Part shown: one piece after another, positions 13,490 through 26,085 of the stretch
Layout: each line of letters starts with the position of its first letter
Numbering within the stretch: the stretch's first letter is position 1
Assembly: GCA_973895155.1 (NCBI GenBank)
Contig: OZ316892.1
Location: forward strand, 758,917-822,916
From: Marsupella aquatica
Lineage: Eukaryota; Plantae; Marchantiophyta
Length of the DNA: 64,000 bases
Direction: 5' to 3'
Program-made: the position numbers and the translations under genes
The notes under the pieces: model-generated
Database searches by the model: none
Told to the model about the DNA's origin: nothing
Seen by the model: only the letters and a program-made list of their open reading frames with translations

Positions 13490-14349
13490 CTGTACATCAA
13501 GAAAAAAAATAATGAGAGAATTACAGTTTTATAAAATCTATGCAAACAAAACTAAATTTTTGCAAGACCCCATTTCTACTCTTTGAAGTAGCTGCTTTTT
13601 TAGTTGATATATCTCATCACAAAGTTATGATGTGTATCCCATTTCTGTCCGATGCAGAAATTCTCTTTCTGAAAGTGGGAACATCCTTTACCTGGTTGCA
13701 TGATGAGGTGATTTGATATTAGAATAAGCTCAAAAATATAAACCAGAGGCGATGAAATAAAACTAGACAGTACATTAAGGCTACTTAGGATAATAGAAAG
13801 TTTACCTTATGCCCTTGGAAAGGTAGTGGCATATTGAGCAAAACATCGGCGTATGCTTCATCTGTTTCATTTTCCTGTTCTTCATTGAGAGAATTTGGTT
13901 CCATCTGATCACCTTCGTTGCCATCTGACCTCGCATCTGACGGCCCATGGGTTGTAGCTAAAGAAGTATCTTCATTCAACTTTGCCCAAGCATGATCGCA
14001 TCGGGTCATGTCAATTAAAGCATTCTCCTCGGCCATCAAGCTAATGGAGGGCTCTCCAATCCGACCGCAAGCTTCTTCCATAAATATTTTATTCTCTCGA
14101 ACTCTTTTCTCTCTGAAGGTGTTATTAGAGTTGAGATATCATTCAAAACAGTAGTCCAAAATTGTCTCCCATTCCAAGCATGAAGTTTCAATTCATCGGG
14201 GAAGTATACTTCCCAGTCTGCAACCGAAATGTTATCTGGCCGAGTTGTGTCTTCAAGACTTACTACTGATCGAAAATAATTCCGGATATTTAGTTTCACA
14301 ATATCATTATCACCGGCTTTGTTCCAGTAGTTTTCTTCTCTTTCTCCAT

Positions 14350-14900
14350 CTTCTGTTACATTTTTCCCCTTGTATCCATCGCTCTGTTTGTTGCTCTCCT
14401 CCTTGTCATCACTACCTCGGTCTCCTTCCTTGTCATCACCACCTCCATCTCCTTGCTTCTCATCACCATCTTCATCTCCTTCACCATCCAGCTTCGTTTT
14501 TCCCTGCTCCTCATCACCACCTCCATCTCCTGCACCACCTCCATCTCCTTCCTTCTCATCATCACCTCCATGTCCTTCCTTCTCATCACCACCTCCATCT
14601 CCTTCCTTCCCATCATCACCTCCATGTCCTTCATTCTCATCTCCTGCACCACCTCCATGTCCTTCCTTCTCATCATCACCTCCATGTCCTTCTTTCTCAT
14701 CATCACCTCCATGTCCTTCCTTCTCATCACCACCTCCATCTCCTTCATTCTCATCTCCTGCACCACCTCCATATCCTTCATTCTCATCACGATCACCATC
14801 TTCATCTCCTTCACCATCCAGGTTAGTTTTTCCCTGCTCCTCATCCGCCCCTCCTCCTTCTTCAGTGTATGTAAATTGCCTTTGCTCTTTCTCATCTGCT
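14350..14900 (-). repeat. Coding minisatellite (GGDDEKEGH / GGGAGDENEG units) in the acidic region of the cargo gene
   Basis: 27-36 bp units of catcacctccat(g/c)tccttccttct; stop-poor, which explains the stacked ORFs. Confidence 0.9.
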
Positions 14901-17900
14901 TGCTGTTTTTGATCTTGTTTTTCTTTCATCCGCCGCTCCCTCCAATTGTCATCAAACTCCTGTTCGGAGTCATCGGTACCGCTGGTTGGTTTCTGCTTCC
15001 TTTTTGTATACTTTTGACAAGTATCAACTCGTCTCCTGTTTTGACTTTTCTTATGCTGTAAAGTCTCCATGTCACTTTCGTCACCCATATTCTTCCGCTT
15101 CTTTGAATGATTGTCTGCACTCATGGACTCATTTGAGCTCTCGTCTTGGTTTCCAGATTCTGACCCTGGTTCTTCATCATCGTCTTGGTTTTCAGATTCT
15201 GACCCTGGTTCTTCTACATCGTTTGGCTCCTCCTCACTTGATTCATACTCTCCAGTGTTGATTTCATCTTCAAAGATAGTAGACTTCTCATCTGAAACAG
15301 AGGAACAACAATCAGATTTCAAAATTTCATTTGTGCAATCAAGTTAGTGAATGTATTAAAATTAATCAAGTATATGGTTTCGGCTGACTAACCTTTAAGT
15401 GGTCCAACTGGCATCTTTGATGGGAAATAGTATATCCAATTCTGGCTGAGGAGGTTACTCAATTCATACTCTTTTAAAACTCTCTCAACGTTTTCATCAC
15501 TATATGTGAGCATGCTTTTACAATGATCAATTACATCTTCTTTGACTTCTCTGAAGGTTTTTCCTCGAGATATCTTCGCATTCATCATTGCCTCAAGCCT
15601 TTTTCTGTCGAGACATGGTGCTTTACTGGGATACAAGACACCAAAATACCCACTCATTTCTGTGTGAAATGATCGTTTACAATAAGATCTAACCTTAACT
15701 CCTTCTTCCTGGAATAAACAAGCAAGATGTTAGAGGAACTTAAGATAAGGTTAAAGCTATTCAAAAATAGAATTGTAATAATACTTGAAAGCTTACCAGG
15801 AGGCATTTGACCAAGTTTAGCCCTTCTCCAAAACAGACAGCACGCTTTCCGTTGTCGAGAAACAGTCGAGTCAAGTATTGGAAAAAGAGAATACTTTTCT
15901 CACCAGGGAAAGACCTAGCAGCCTGATCCTCTTTAGACTCCTGAAAGTTAAGGAGAGTTCCCCGAGTTTGTAGACTGGACTTAATTGCTTCCCCTATCTT
16001 TGTCATGTCGGTAGATTTTGATAAGAGAGGTTGACAAAATGCATATGTCACAGTATATGTAACATCCCGCTCTGTGTTAAAGAGGGAAATATGAGACTTT
16101 TCGGTGCCTCTTCTCTGGACGTAAGTTGTTTGGAATGGGAAATATCCTGGAGTTGACACTAACTCTCTCATCATGAAAATAGACTCAATAGGATCTGAGA
16201 CATGGACAAGGACATGATTTACCGTCCCCATCTGTTTAATTGCTCTGATGAACATAGAGTAAAAACTGGATATGAATGGACCGTCATCAGATAGAATAGT
16301 GGAGTCAAAATAGAAAAAGTCTACCCGTTGTCTCAGGGACTCAGAGATTTCGTCAAGAAATTTCTTTGTTTTCAGACCTTTCCGCGAGTGTAACTGAAGG
16401 ATATCCTTGATTTGGGGAGGCTTCAGGTTTCCAAACTCGTCAATGCAGTTCTTTGTTGCGGCAATTAAGCTCTTAAAAGCCTCTGGGAGAAGACTCTTCA
16501 TTGTTCCAACACTGGTTGTTTTCTGCGACGCCTTGTTGAGATACTCCTCTCCTAGTGAATCCCTGATCCTGCTCAGCTTTTCTTTATTAAGATGATACCT
16601 CTTGCACAAGATATCAACCTCAACTTTCCTCTCAATCTTTTTCAGGCTATTCAATTCAATACGTTTCATGCCACCGTCACCCAAGTTCTCCAACAGATCT
16701 ATCTCAAACATTCGCTTATGCTTCTTGTTGACACAAAATTCTTCCATGGAAATAAACTTTTCGGCTTCTTCAGCATCATAATCTTTTGAATGGGGTCGGT
16801 CCTTCAAAAGAGATATCTTTGAATTCTCCAACAAGTAGGCGGCAACCTTGTCTATGTCAGCTTCCTCCATCCCTTGTAGATCTCGGAAGCATCGCCTATT
16901 CAGTTGCCAAGTCTTCCGGTTACTGTAAGTTATTGCCTGAGCTTGCGTTTTACCATTGAACGCTATAAGGGATCCTGTACGAGACTTCTCATATACCCGC
17001 ATCCATTTGTTGAATGTTGCATCGCTCATATGAAAGATAAACGGATTGAGCTCGGTAAATGAAAACATTTTCATCTGCCGTGCCCATGGAACAATAATCT
17101 TGGCAGCTTCAAGGAACACCTGAATATAAAACATTACAAAATATAATATTAGAACCCTACAGAAAATACAGATTCAAGTCATTATGTTCAATGTTACCAC
17201 ACAAACCACGGGTTGTAGGGCTCATGCTATCTAGAAGTGTCTGATAATTTACCTTCCATTTTGACCCCTTTGCCTGAGCATTCTCTTTTCTTGGACTTCC
17301 AAACTCTTTCCATACTGCACGTGCTTGGGACGCTATCAACGGAAAGTTAGTCTCGTCAAGTTGAGTTCTCTGGATATTGTTCAAGGCTCGAGAGAGTCCC
17401 ATCATCGTGAGGTTTTCTTTCAAACTGTATGGGGACCAGAACATAATTGCCTGAACCTTGCGAAGATCCTCCCGAAATGTGCATCGCTTATCATCTTCCT
17501 TGAGGATCGCCTTGTATGCCATTATTGTGTGCTGCCCACCAAGAATCCAGAAGTGACAAGTGTTGGTAATATCATCACTCTGCGGTGCCTCTTTTAGAGG
17601 AGTTCCATAGTAACCTTTTGATTTGTTCTTTGAGTCCCATGTTATTGGGACAAGAAAGCAGAGAGTTTTTTGAAAGGTTATCGAGGAGTAGCCAAAGAAA
17701 GCAGCCTTCAGTTCGGTGGCATAATCTTCATCAAAGTCATGACATTTTATGTGATTTGGTGCCAGGTGACATCTCTCAATAGGCACCTCAAAAGTCTTGC
17801 TCTGAAAGATGTTCAGATGAGAGTATGATTCTAGAAAGCTGCAAAATAATTCATCCACGTTCTCCGTCGTGATATCCTTTGGAGGATTTGATGCCAAAAT

Positions 17901-18564
17901 CCCCCCTTTCCCGGTGACAGAAAATATTTTGGTGAATGGTTGTTTTGAGAACTCCAAAATGGCATTGATGTATCTGGAGATACTTTCTGGATCTGGAACC
18001 AATGGTGCAATGGGAAAGCCCTCCCAACAATTCGAACCAAGCAATTCTGAACTTGAGGTGAGATATTCTGTGACTTTCCGCTGGGAGAAAGTTCCATAAT
18101 CCATTCGATCAAAGCAAACCCCAATTGTTTCTCCAGTTTCTCTTTCGTCAAAGAGAAGTACCAATGCTTCTTGTAGGTCATCAAGCCCCATATTTCGCTT
18201 GAAGATGCATCCCACAATTTCTGCATCCATGACAATATGTAACGTCTCCTTGTGCGTGAAACATATTCGCAATTCCTTATTCTGGAGTACTAATCCCCAA
18301 TCAAAGACGTTGCTTGACTTCACTCTATAAATTGAGCTGGCTTCCGGTGAGGTAAGGTCCCGTATCTTTTTCCCTCGATATGTTTTGATCATTTTCATCT
18401 TATCAAGCTGGTCAACAATTGAGCTTTCGGTCTTGCTCTTTGTTTGGGAGCTGCCATTTCTAGGAGCCATATCTGGAGTCACACAAAAAACAAGGAATTT
18501 TGTTTAATTAAAAAGGAAGGTCTCTCTATAGTTAGTTTGTTTGAATGGATGACAAACACAGCCA

Positions 18565-19133
18565 ACAGCCCGCGGGTGGTGAGGTATGCTAAACAGTTGA
18601 TCCAAGTGAGCCTCAGGGCCCGTGGGTGGTGGGGTGTTCTACACAGTCGGTCCAAGTGATCCTCACGACCCGCGGGTGGCGAGGTATGCTAGACATCCGG
18701 TCTTAGTGAGCCGCACTGCCCGCGGGTTGCAAGGTATGCTAGATAGTAGGTTTGAGTGAGCCTCACGGCCCGTGGGTGGTGAGGTATGCTATATAGTCGG
18801 TCTGAGTGAGCCTCACGGCCCGCGGGTGGCAAGGTATGCTAGAGTGTAGGTCTGAGTGGCCTCACGGCCCGTGGGTGGTGAGGTATCCTATACAGTCAGT
18901 CTGAGTGAGCCTCACGGCCCACGGGTGGCAAGGTATGCTAGACTATAGGTTTGAGTGAGCCTCACGGCCCGTGGGTGGTGAGGTATACTATACTGTCGGT
19001 CTGAGTGAGCCTCACGGCTCGCGGGTGGTGAGATATGTTGAGCTTTTAGTGAGTTGCACGTACAACCCGCGGGTGGTGAGGTATGCTAGACAGTCAATCC
19101 AAGTGAGCCTCACGGCCCGCGGGTGGTGAGGTC
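18565..19133. repeat. 50-bp tandem array (~12 copies), each with a 24-bp imperfect palindrome CCTCACGG-CCCGCGGG-TGGTGAGG
   Basis: CGCGGG/CGTGGG/CACGGG cores at ~18571, 18621, 18671, 18721, 18771, 18821, 18870, 18920, 18970, 19020, 19068, 19118; lies ~100 bp upstream of the cargo ATG. Confidence 0.95.
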
Positions 19134-21989
19134 CTCTCTTGTTTTATGAGCCTCCTAAGCCCCCGGATCAATAGTATACTCATTAATCAATATATTCATT
19201 AGCAATTGACCCAAAATCTAGTTAGCTAGGCTCGAGAGGGTGTGATTGAGGGGCTAGGATTATGTGACGGACAACCCTTCATAGTTTATATATGATTGAT
19301 CTATATTTTGGCTAGAGTAGCCCCTGTGGATCAAGAATCATTACCCTTCTTTAATAGTGATAGTACTCATTACAAACAATTGCTAATCTCCTGATAACAG
19401 TCTTTCCTCATAATCTCTTTAATATTGGTGGCAATTGCGTACAATTCATGGACGAGTTCAACTCTACAATCTTTACTATGAACCAGACAATGAGTTCCAA
19501 AAGCTCTTACCTCAAGATTTTTGTTCCCGGATTTTGTTGGGCTCTAATCTCTTCAAACTTCAGCAGATTGTTGTTTCAGTGTGTAAGATTGAGGCATCGC
19601 AGGTAGACTATACCCCGCACAATGCTTGTCAAGGATGTAGGCAGGAGAAGCACTAGAAACCTGCAAAACAAATTGACACACTTGTTTTTTTACGCAGAGT
19701 GATGCAGTTGCGGTAGATGTACCAACTACGGGCAGAAGGAATCACATTGAGATCAAGAAGATCGACAGACAGATTGAAAATTTCAATCTGGAAACTAAAC
19801 AAATTAACAAATGTGCATTGATACAATAGGATTTTATCACAACAACATTGGGTATGAATAGTGGATGCAATCACGGATAGTGGATAGTGGATGCAATCAT
19901 GGATTAACTAGTCAGTGGATACTGAAATTTTGACATCTTCATTACATTTAGATATGACACCAGGGGCTTACCTATAATTATTCCAAGGGTGCAAATTTTT
20001 GAGGAGCAGGTCGGAGTAGATGCTTGGGACGATTAGGCCAAATTGTTGTTAAATCCCTGGCGGCTATGGAATCTGAGCACCATGGACCTGCACAACATTT
20101 GACCCAAAGCCAGAGTGAGACACAATCTCAATCACAGGAATCATCCATACTCACTTATCTGATTAGGAGGCCATGGATTTCATCTTTGACAGAGTACTTG
20201 AAGGGAAGGAGTAATTAGTACAGGAGAACCAATCTCAACAGCACAGTACTCACAACATATTGAAACAAAGAGCCGAGAAACTTTCGTGCCTCCCAAATTT
20301 CCAAAAATAATGACATTTGGCTCAGTGACCTACTGTGTACTTGTAGAGGGCCCACATAGCTGGGCTCTCTGGACTACAATAGCAATCTATGAAACCAATG
20401 AATTTGAGAACAAGGGCAGCAGGGTTTAGGATACTATTAACACCAATCGCTGTACATTCCAAAACAACACCTCATTTCAAATAGATCCCTACCTGACAAC
20501 CTCTACCTATGGGATTACATAGCTCAATGAATGATCGGCTGACCTCAAACTAAAAATGTCATCTTTACATATCCAGATGAACGATGATGAATGATGAACG
20601 ATTTCCAGATATCTAGATGAACTATGAACGATTGCCAGATGAATGATGTCTTTGAAGAAAGACAATTGATGATCTTTGAATTTGGAGCTACTTGACTACC
20701 TTGATTGCAGGCAGATTAGAAATTATTGGGATGACTAATGTCACCTTTAACAAAGAAACAACAGATTTGGTGCAACCGGGGTTGCAGCTTAAGTTATCAG
20801 GAGGCACACAAACGGACCAACTTGACTGCTCCACAACTATGAAAAATTAAATTCGAACAACAACCACAACACAGGCTTTAAGGACTACTACCCTAAACAA
20901 CTACGTTCCTTCTCCTCTATCAAGCATCAAGATTGAGAACGATAACATTATTTGACAACATTCCATAGACCCATGCAAACATAGACTTCTCACAGAATAA
21001 GCGGCCTGCGAGAGATCCCAAATGCGACTATCTTGCTTGTTGACATAGTAGATCATGATCATTCACATAGCAGATCACGTATTATGGCAAACACATCATT
21101 TACTGTCCAATGTAGTCTCCAACAATGAGTCGAGCAATACAAGGCAAGGCAATCACACCTGGATGGATTATTGACAATGGATGGATACCGCTCTCCACAA
21201 CGTGGTCACCACAAAATCCGTAGTCAACAATGGATCATCCAGGCTCTGTCACGCACATTTGCATCTGAAATCGCAAAAAGCATAGTCAACATACTTAGGG
21301 AGAAGGGGCTCGAAGGCTGACAAAAGTCTGAGAAGTCTAAAAGGAGAAGTCTGAAAGCAGGAAAGCATTCCAAGAAGCACAAGGCTAGGAAAGCATTCGA
21401 CAGGAGGATTGACAAGCCTTTGAACAATATATATATATAGGTGAGTTTTAGTACCTTTCAGAGCTTGTACATACAAAGACATCGTGCCTCACTCCCGCGA
21501 CGTTTGCTCTCAACCAACGCAAAACACATTGGTGCCTCCAAAAAACGCAACCTAGCAACACAAAACTCCTCATTCATCAATTCACTTTCGCACTTGCCAT
21601 CCAAACGGCATTTCAACCCAACGGTGTCCGACCCACTAAAAGTCACTACCGACGGTAATTAATTCCCCTCCTTTCTTGCTAGAAACAATGATACTATTCC
21701 GATTGTTGAAGATATACTCTTGCGACTTCACAAAGTGAACCAAATGAAATGATTTAGGTTCCAGTCAAGGTGTTGCATACCTCAAATGTCTAGCTCATTT
21801 TTGGAGAAAGAGAGCTCCTTGCCCCGACACAAAATAGTATCAGTACAAAGCAATCCAGTTCTCAATTGAACACCTCATGAATGCTTTGTACGTTCGTCCG
21901 CAAAATAGTATCAGTTCTCAATTGAACACCTCTTGAATCAAATGGTAGTCTCTAGAATCGCCATATCGATCAACCTCATATAGATCCTC

Positions 21990-22200
21990 AATCTCCCTTC
22001 CGCACAATGTCGACGACTCCCTTCAGTCTCCCTTCCGCACAATGTCGACGACTCCCTTCAGTCTGACTCGTTCGCTTCAGTTCTTCCGCACAATGTCGAC
22101 TCGGTGTCTTCGACAATCTGACTTGTTCGATTCAGTTCTTCCGCACAATGTCGACTCGGTGTCTTTGGCAGTCTGAATCATTTGATTCAGTTCTTGAACG
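21990..22200. repeat. Short degenerate repeats ttccgcacaatgtcgac (4 copies)
   Basis: Copies near 21998, 22033, 22084 and 22139. Confidence 0.8.
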
Positions 22201-22329
22201 TGATCGGTAGTACTCAAACAGGCGCGAGTGGGGAAAAACGTCGCCATCATCTAGTGCGCGCGCGAGTGAGCAAACACATCACCATCATCCAGTTCACAAT
22301 ACCCGTCCTGCTGTACGTTGATGCTATCA

Positions 22330-25300
22330 CTTGATTGAGTACGTTGATTCCCTGGATGGAAGTATACTTAAATGCCAGGGGTTTATCAGGTAGCCCTATG
22401 CTCCATGTTTGGGTAAATAATGGACAGAAGTCTAATTTAATGGAAGGGTTTAGCAGGTATTGCTATTCTCCATGTTCATTGTGCAGCCCTCGATGGAAGT
22501 ATAATTTAATTGAATTAGGGGAGTTTAGAAGGTATCCCTAATATCCATGTTAGCTAGTCAAACCCTAGCTAGAAGTATAGTTTAATTGATTGAAGTGGGA
22601 TTTATAAAGTATCCATAAGTATACATGCTCCATGTTAGTGCAACCCTACTGGAAGTACAATTTAATTCAAGGGGTTTATCACGTATCCCTAGCCTAGGTT
22701 CCATGTGTGTGCAACATGGAAGGAACCTGGGCAATTTAATTCGAGGGATTTCATAAGGTAGATCCCTATTTCCCATGGTGGTGCAACCCTGGATGGAGGT
22801 GCAATTCAATCCAAGGGGTTTTATATGGTGTTGCTCTGCTCCATGCATGTTACTTGAAGGCGTGGGGTTTGATAAGGTATCTCTACGCTCCATGTTAGTT
22901 GAAGGGGGTTTATAAAAATACCTATGCCCCATGTTTGGGCAACCCTATAAGGAAGTAGAACTTAGTGCAAGCAAGGTTTAATAATGTATATAGTTTAATG
23001 GAACTAATTAAGGGGGTTTTATAAAGTATACCTATGCTCCATGTTAGTGCAACCCTGGATGCCTGGAAGTATAATTTAATGCAACTGAGGGGTTTTAAAA
23101 CGTATATATATCCCTAAGTCTGCTCCATGTATGTTAGTTCAACCCTACCTGGAAGTAGAATTACGTTGGAGGGGTACCCTAGTAGAAGGAAGTAGAACTT
23201 AGTGCAAGCAGGGTTTTATAAGGTACACCTAGCTACTAATTATGCTTCATGTTTGGGAAACCCTGGATGGAAGTATATCATTGGTTTAATGGAACTCGGG
23301 GTTTAGAAAATATACCTAGTATGCTCCATGTTAGTGCAACCCTGGATGCCTGGAAGCATAGTTTAACGCCGGAGTGGGTTTACAACGTATCCCTAGTATG
23401 TTCCATGTTAATTAGCGCAACCCTAGCTGCATATCTAGTTTAATAAAGGGGGTTTATAACGTATACCCATGCTCCATGTTAGTGCAACCCTGGATGCCTG
23501 AAAGTATAATATAATGCAAGGGGTTTTAAAACGTACGTATATATATATCCCTAAGTCTGCTCAATTTTATGTTAGTTCAACCCTACCTGGTCCAGGAAGT
23601 AGAATTACGTTGGAGGGGTACCCTAGTAGAAGGAAGTAGAACTTAGTGCAAGCAGGGTTTTATAAGGTACACCTAGCTACTAATGCTTCATGTTTGGGAA
23701 ACCCTGGATGGAAGTATATCATTGGTTTAATGGAACTCGGGGTTTAGAAAATATACCTAGTATGCTCCATGTTAGTGCAACCCTGGATGCCTGGAAGCAT
23801 AGTTTAATGGAGGGGGTTTACAACGTATCCCTAGTATGTTCCATGTTAATTAGCGCAACCCTAGCTGCATATCTAGTTTAATAAAGGGGGTTTTAACGTA
23901 TACCCATGCTCCATGTTAGTGCAACCCTGGATGCCTGAAAGTATAATATAATGCAAGGGGTTTTAAAACGTACGTATATATATATATCCCTAAGTCTGCT
24001 CAATTTTATGTTAGTTCAACCCTACCTGGTCCAGGAAGTAGAATTACGTTGGAGGGGTACCCTAGTAGAAGGAAGTAGAACTTAGTGCAAGCAGGGTTTT
24101 ATAAGGTACACCTAGCTACTAATGCTTCATGTTTGGGAAACCCTGGATGGAAGTATATCATTGGTTTAATGGAACTCGGGGTTTAGAAAATATACCTAGT
24201 ATGCTCCATGTTAGTGCAACCCTGGATGCCTGGAAGCATAGTTTAATGGAGGGGGTTTACAACGTATCCCTAGTATGTTCCATGTTAATTAGCGCAACCC
24301 TAGCTGCATATCTAGTTTAATAAAGGGGGTTTTAACGTATACCCATGCTCCATGTTAGTGCAACCCTGGATGCCTGAAAGTATAATATAATGCAAGGGGT
24401 TTTAAAACGTACGTATATATATATATCCCTAAGTCTGCTCAATTTTATGTTAGTTCAACCCTACCTGGTCCAGGAAGTAGAATTACGTTGGAGGGGTACC
24501 CTAGTAGAAGGAAGTAGAACTTAGTGCAAGCAGGGTTTTATAAGGTACACCTAGCTACTAATGCTTCATGTTTGGGAAACCCTGGATGGAAGTATATCAT
24601 TGGTTTAATGGAACTCGGGGTTTAGAAAATATACCTAGTATGTTCCATGTTAGTGCAACCCTGGATGCCTGGAAGCATAGTTTAATGGAGGGGGTTTACA
24701 ACGTATCCCTAGTATGTTCCATGTTAATTAGCGCAACCCTAGCTGCATATCTAGTTTAATTGAAGGGGGTTATAACGTATACCCATGCTCCATGTTAGTG
24801 CAACCCTGGATGCCTGGAAGTATAATTTAATGCAAGGGGTTTTTAAATGTACATATATATATATCCCTAAGTCTGCTCCATGTATTTAGTTCAACCCTAC
24901 CTGGAAGTACAATTAGGTTGGAAGGGGTACCCTAGTAGAAGGAAGTAGAACTTAGTGCAAGCAGGGTTTTATAATTAAGGTACACCTTAGAGCTACTAAT
25001 GCTTAGTTCATGTTTGGGAAACCCTGGATGGAAGTATATAGTTTCATGGAACTAACGGGGTTTTAGAAAATATACCTGTACAGTAGTACATGCACCATGT
25101 TCGTGCAACCCTGGATGCCTGGAAGTATAGTTTAATGGAGGATGGTTTACAATTTATCCCTAGTATGTTCCATGTTAATTAGGGCAACCCAAGCTAGAAA
25201 TCTAGTTTAATTTAAGGGGTTGGGTTTATAACATGTCGCTATGCTCCATCTTAGTCCAACCCTTGTCGCTATGCTCCATCTTACTCCAACCCTAGCTAGA

Positions 25301-26085
25301 TATATCTAGTTTAATTGAAGGGGCTGGTATTAATTTATAACGTATCCCTATGCTCCATGTTAGTTGAAGGGGGTTTATAAAGTATTAAGGGGGACAGTTA
25401 CCCGGACAGTTAGCGCAACCCTACTAACTGGAAGTACAATTTAATTATAACATGTCGCTATGCTCCATCTTAGTCCAACCCTTGTCGCTATGCTCCATCT
25501 TACTCCAACCCTAGCTAGATATATCTAGTTTAATTTAAGGGGCCGGTATTAATTTATAACGTATCCCTATGCTCCATGTTAGTTGAAGGGGGTTTATAAA
25601 GTATTAAGGGGGACAGTTACCCGGACAGTTAGCGCAACCCTACTAACTGGAAGTACAATTTAATTCGAAGGGTTTATGAGGTAACTATCCTGAGTGATGC
25701 TCCAATGCTTCATGTATGTGCAACATGGAAGGAAGTGCAATTTAATTGGAGGGATATTATAATAAGGTATCCCTATGCTCCACTTTGAAGGGGGTTTATA
25801 AAGTATTAGTACCTATGCACCATGTTTGTGCAACCCTAGAAGGAAGTAGAACTTAATGCAAGCTAGAGGGATTTTATAAGGTACACATGGGCTTCATGTT
25901 TGGGAAACCTTGGATGGAAATATAGTTTAATAAATGCTGGATATATATATATATATAGTTGAAGGGGGTTTGATAAATTATCTCCATGCTCCATGTTAGC
26001 GCAACTCTAGCTGGTCCGGATATATAGTGTAATTGAACTAATTAAGGAGGTTGTCTTAAGGTATCCCTATGCTCCATGTTTACAA
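22330..26085. repeat. Satellite: ~55-70 bp monomers organised into ~440-bp higher-order repeats with diverged monomeric flanks
   Basis: Monomer core ctatgctccatgttagtgcaaccctggatg...ggaagta...gggtttata; near-identical short ORFs start at 23249, 23690, 24129, 24568 (period 439-441). Confidence 0.95.

Larger units (their letters stand above)
12057..18470 (-). pseudogene. Multi-exon transposon cargo gene: ParB/Srx-like domain + degenerate beta-class N4C/N6A methyltransferase-like fold + acidic Gly repeat + two FCP1/NIF-like HAD domains
   Basis: Phase-compatible GT-AG introns link exons 18470-17253, 17119-15797, 15708-15393 and 15291-13806. Further exons at 13489-~12795 and 12680-12057 have acceptor sites. 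Probable 1-nt frameshifts near 14085 and 12800; the link through 13805-13490 is uncertain. Confidence 0.7.

Noticed and set aside
14245-15061. His-rich, Ser/Pro-rich and hydrophobic ORFs on the plus strand and a Met-rich alternative frame
   Set aside because: Shadow frames of the stop-poor acidic minisatellite; only the D/E/G frame is splice-compatible with the neighbouring exons
15761-17134. Active DNA methyltransferase
   Set aside because: No intact (D/N/S)PP(Y/F) or FxGxG motif; only a degenerate fold-level resemblance can be claimed
18565-19133. CRISPR-like appearance of the 50-bp palindromic array
   Set aside because: The between-palindrome segments are variants of one sequence rather than unique spacers; no cas genes; eukaryotic context
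23249-24759. Four near-identical 63-64 aa ORFs as a tandem small-peptide gene family
   Set aside because: They simply follow the satellite period and have no recognisable coding features
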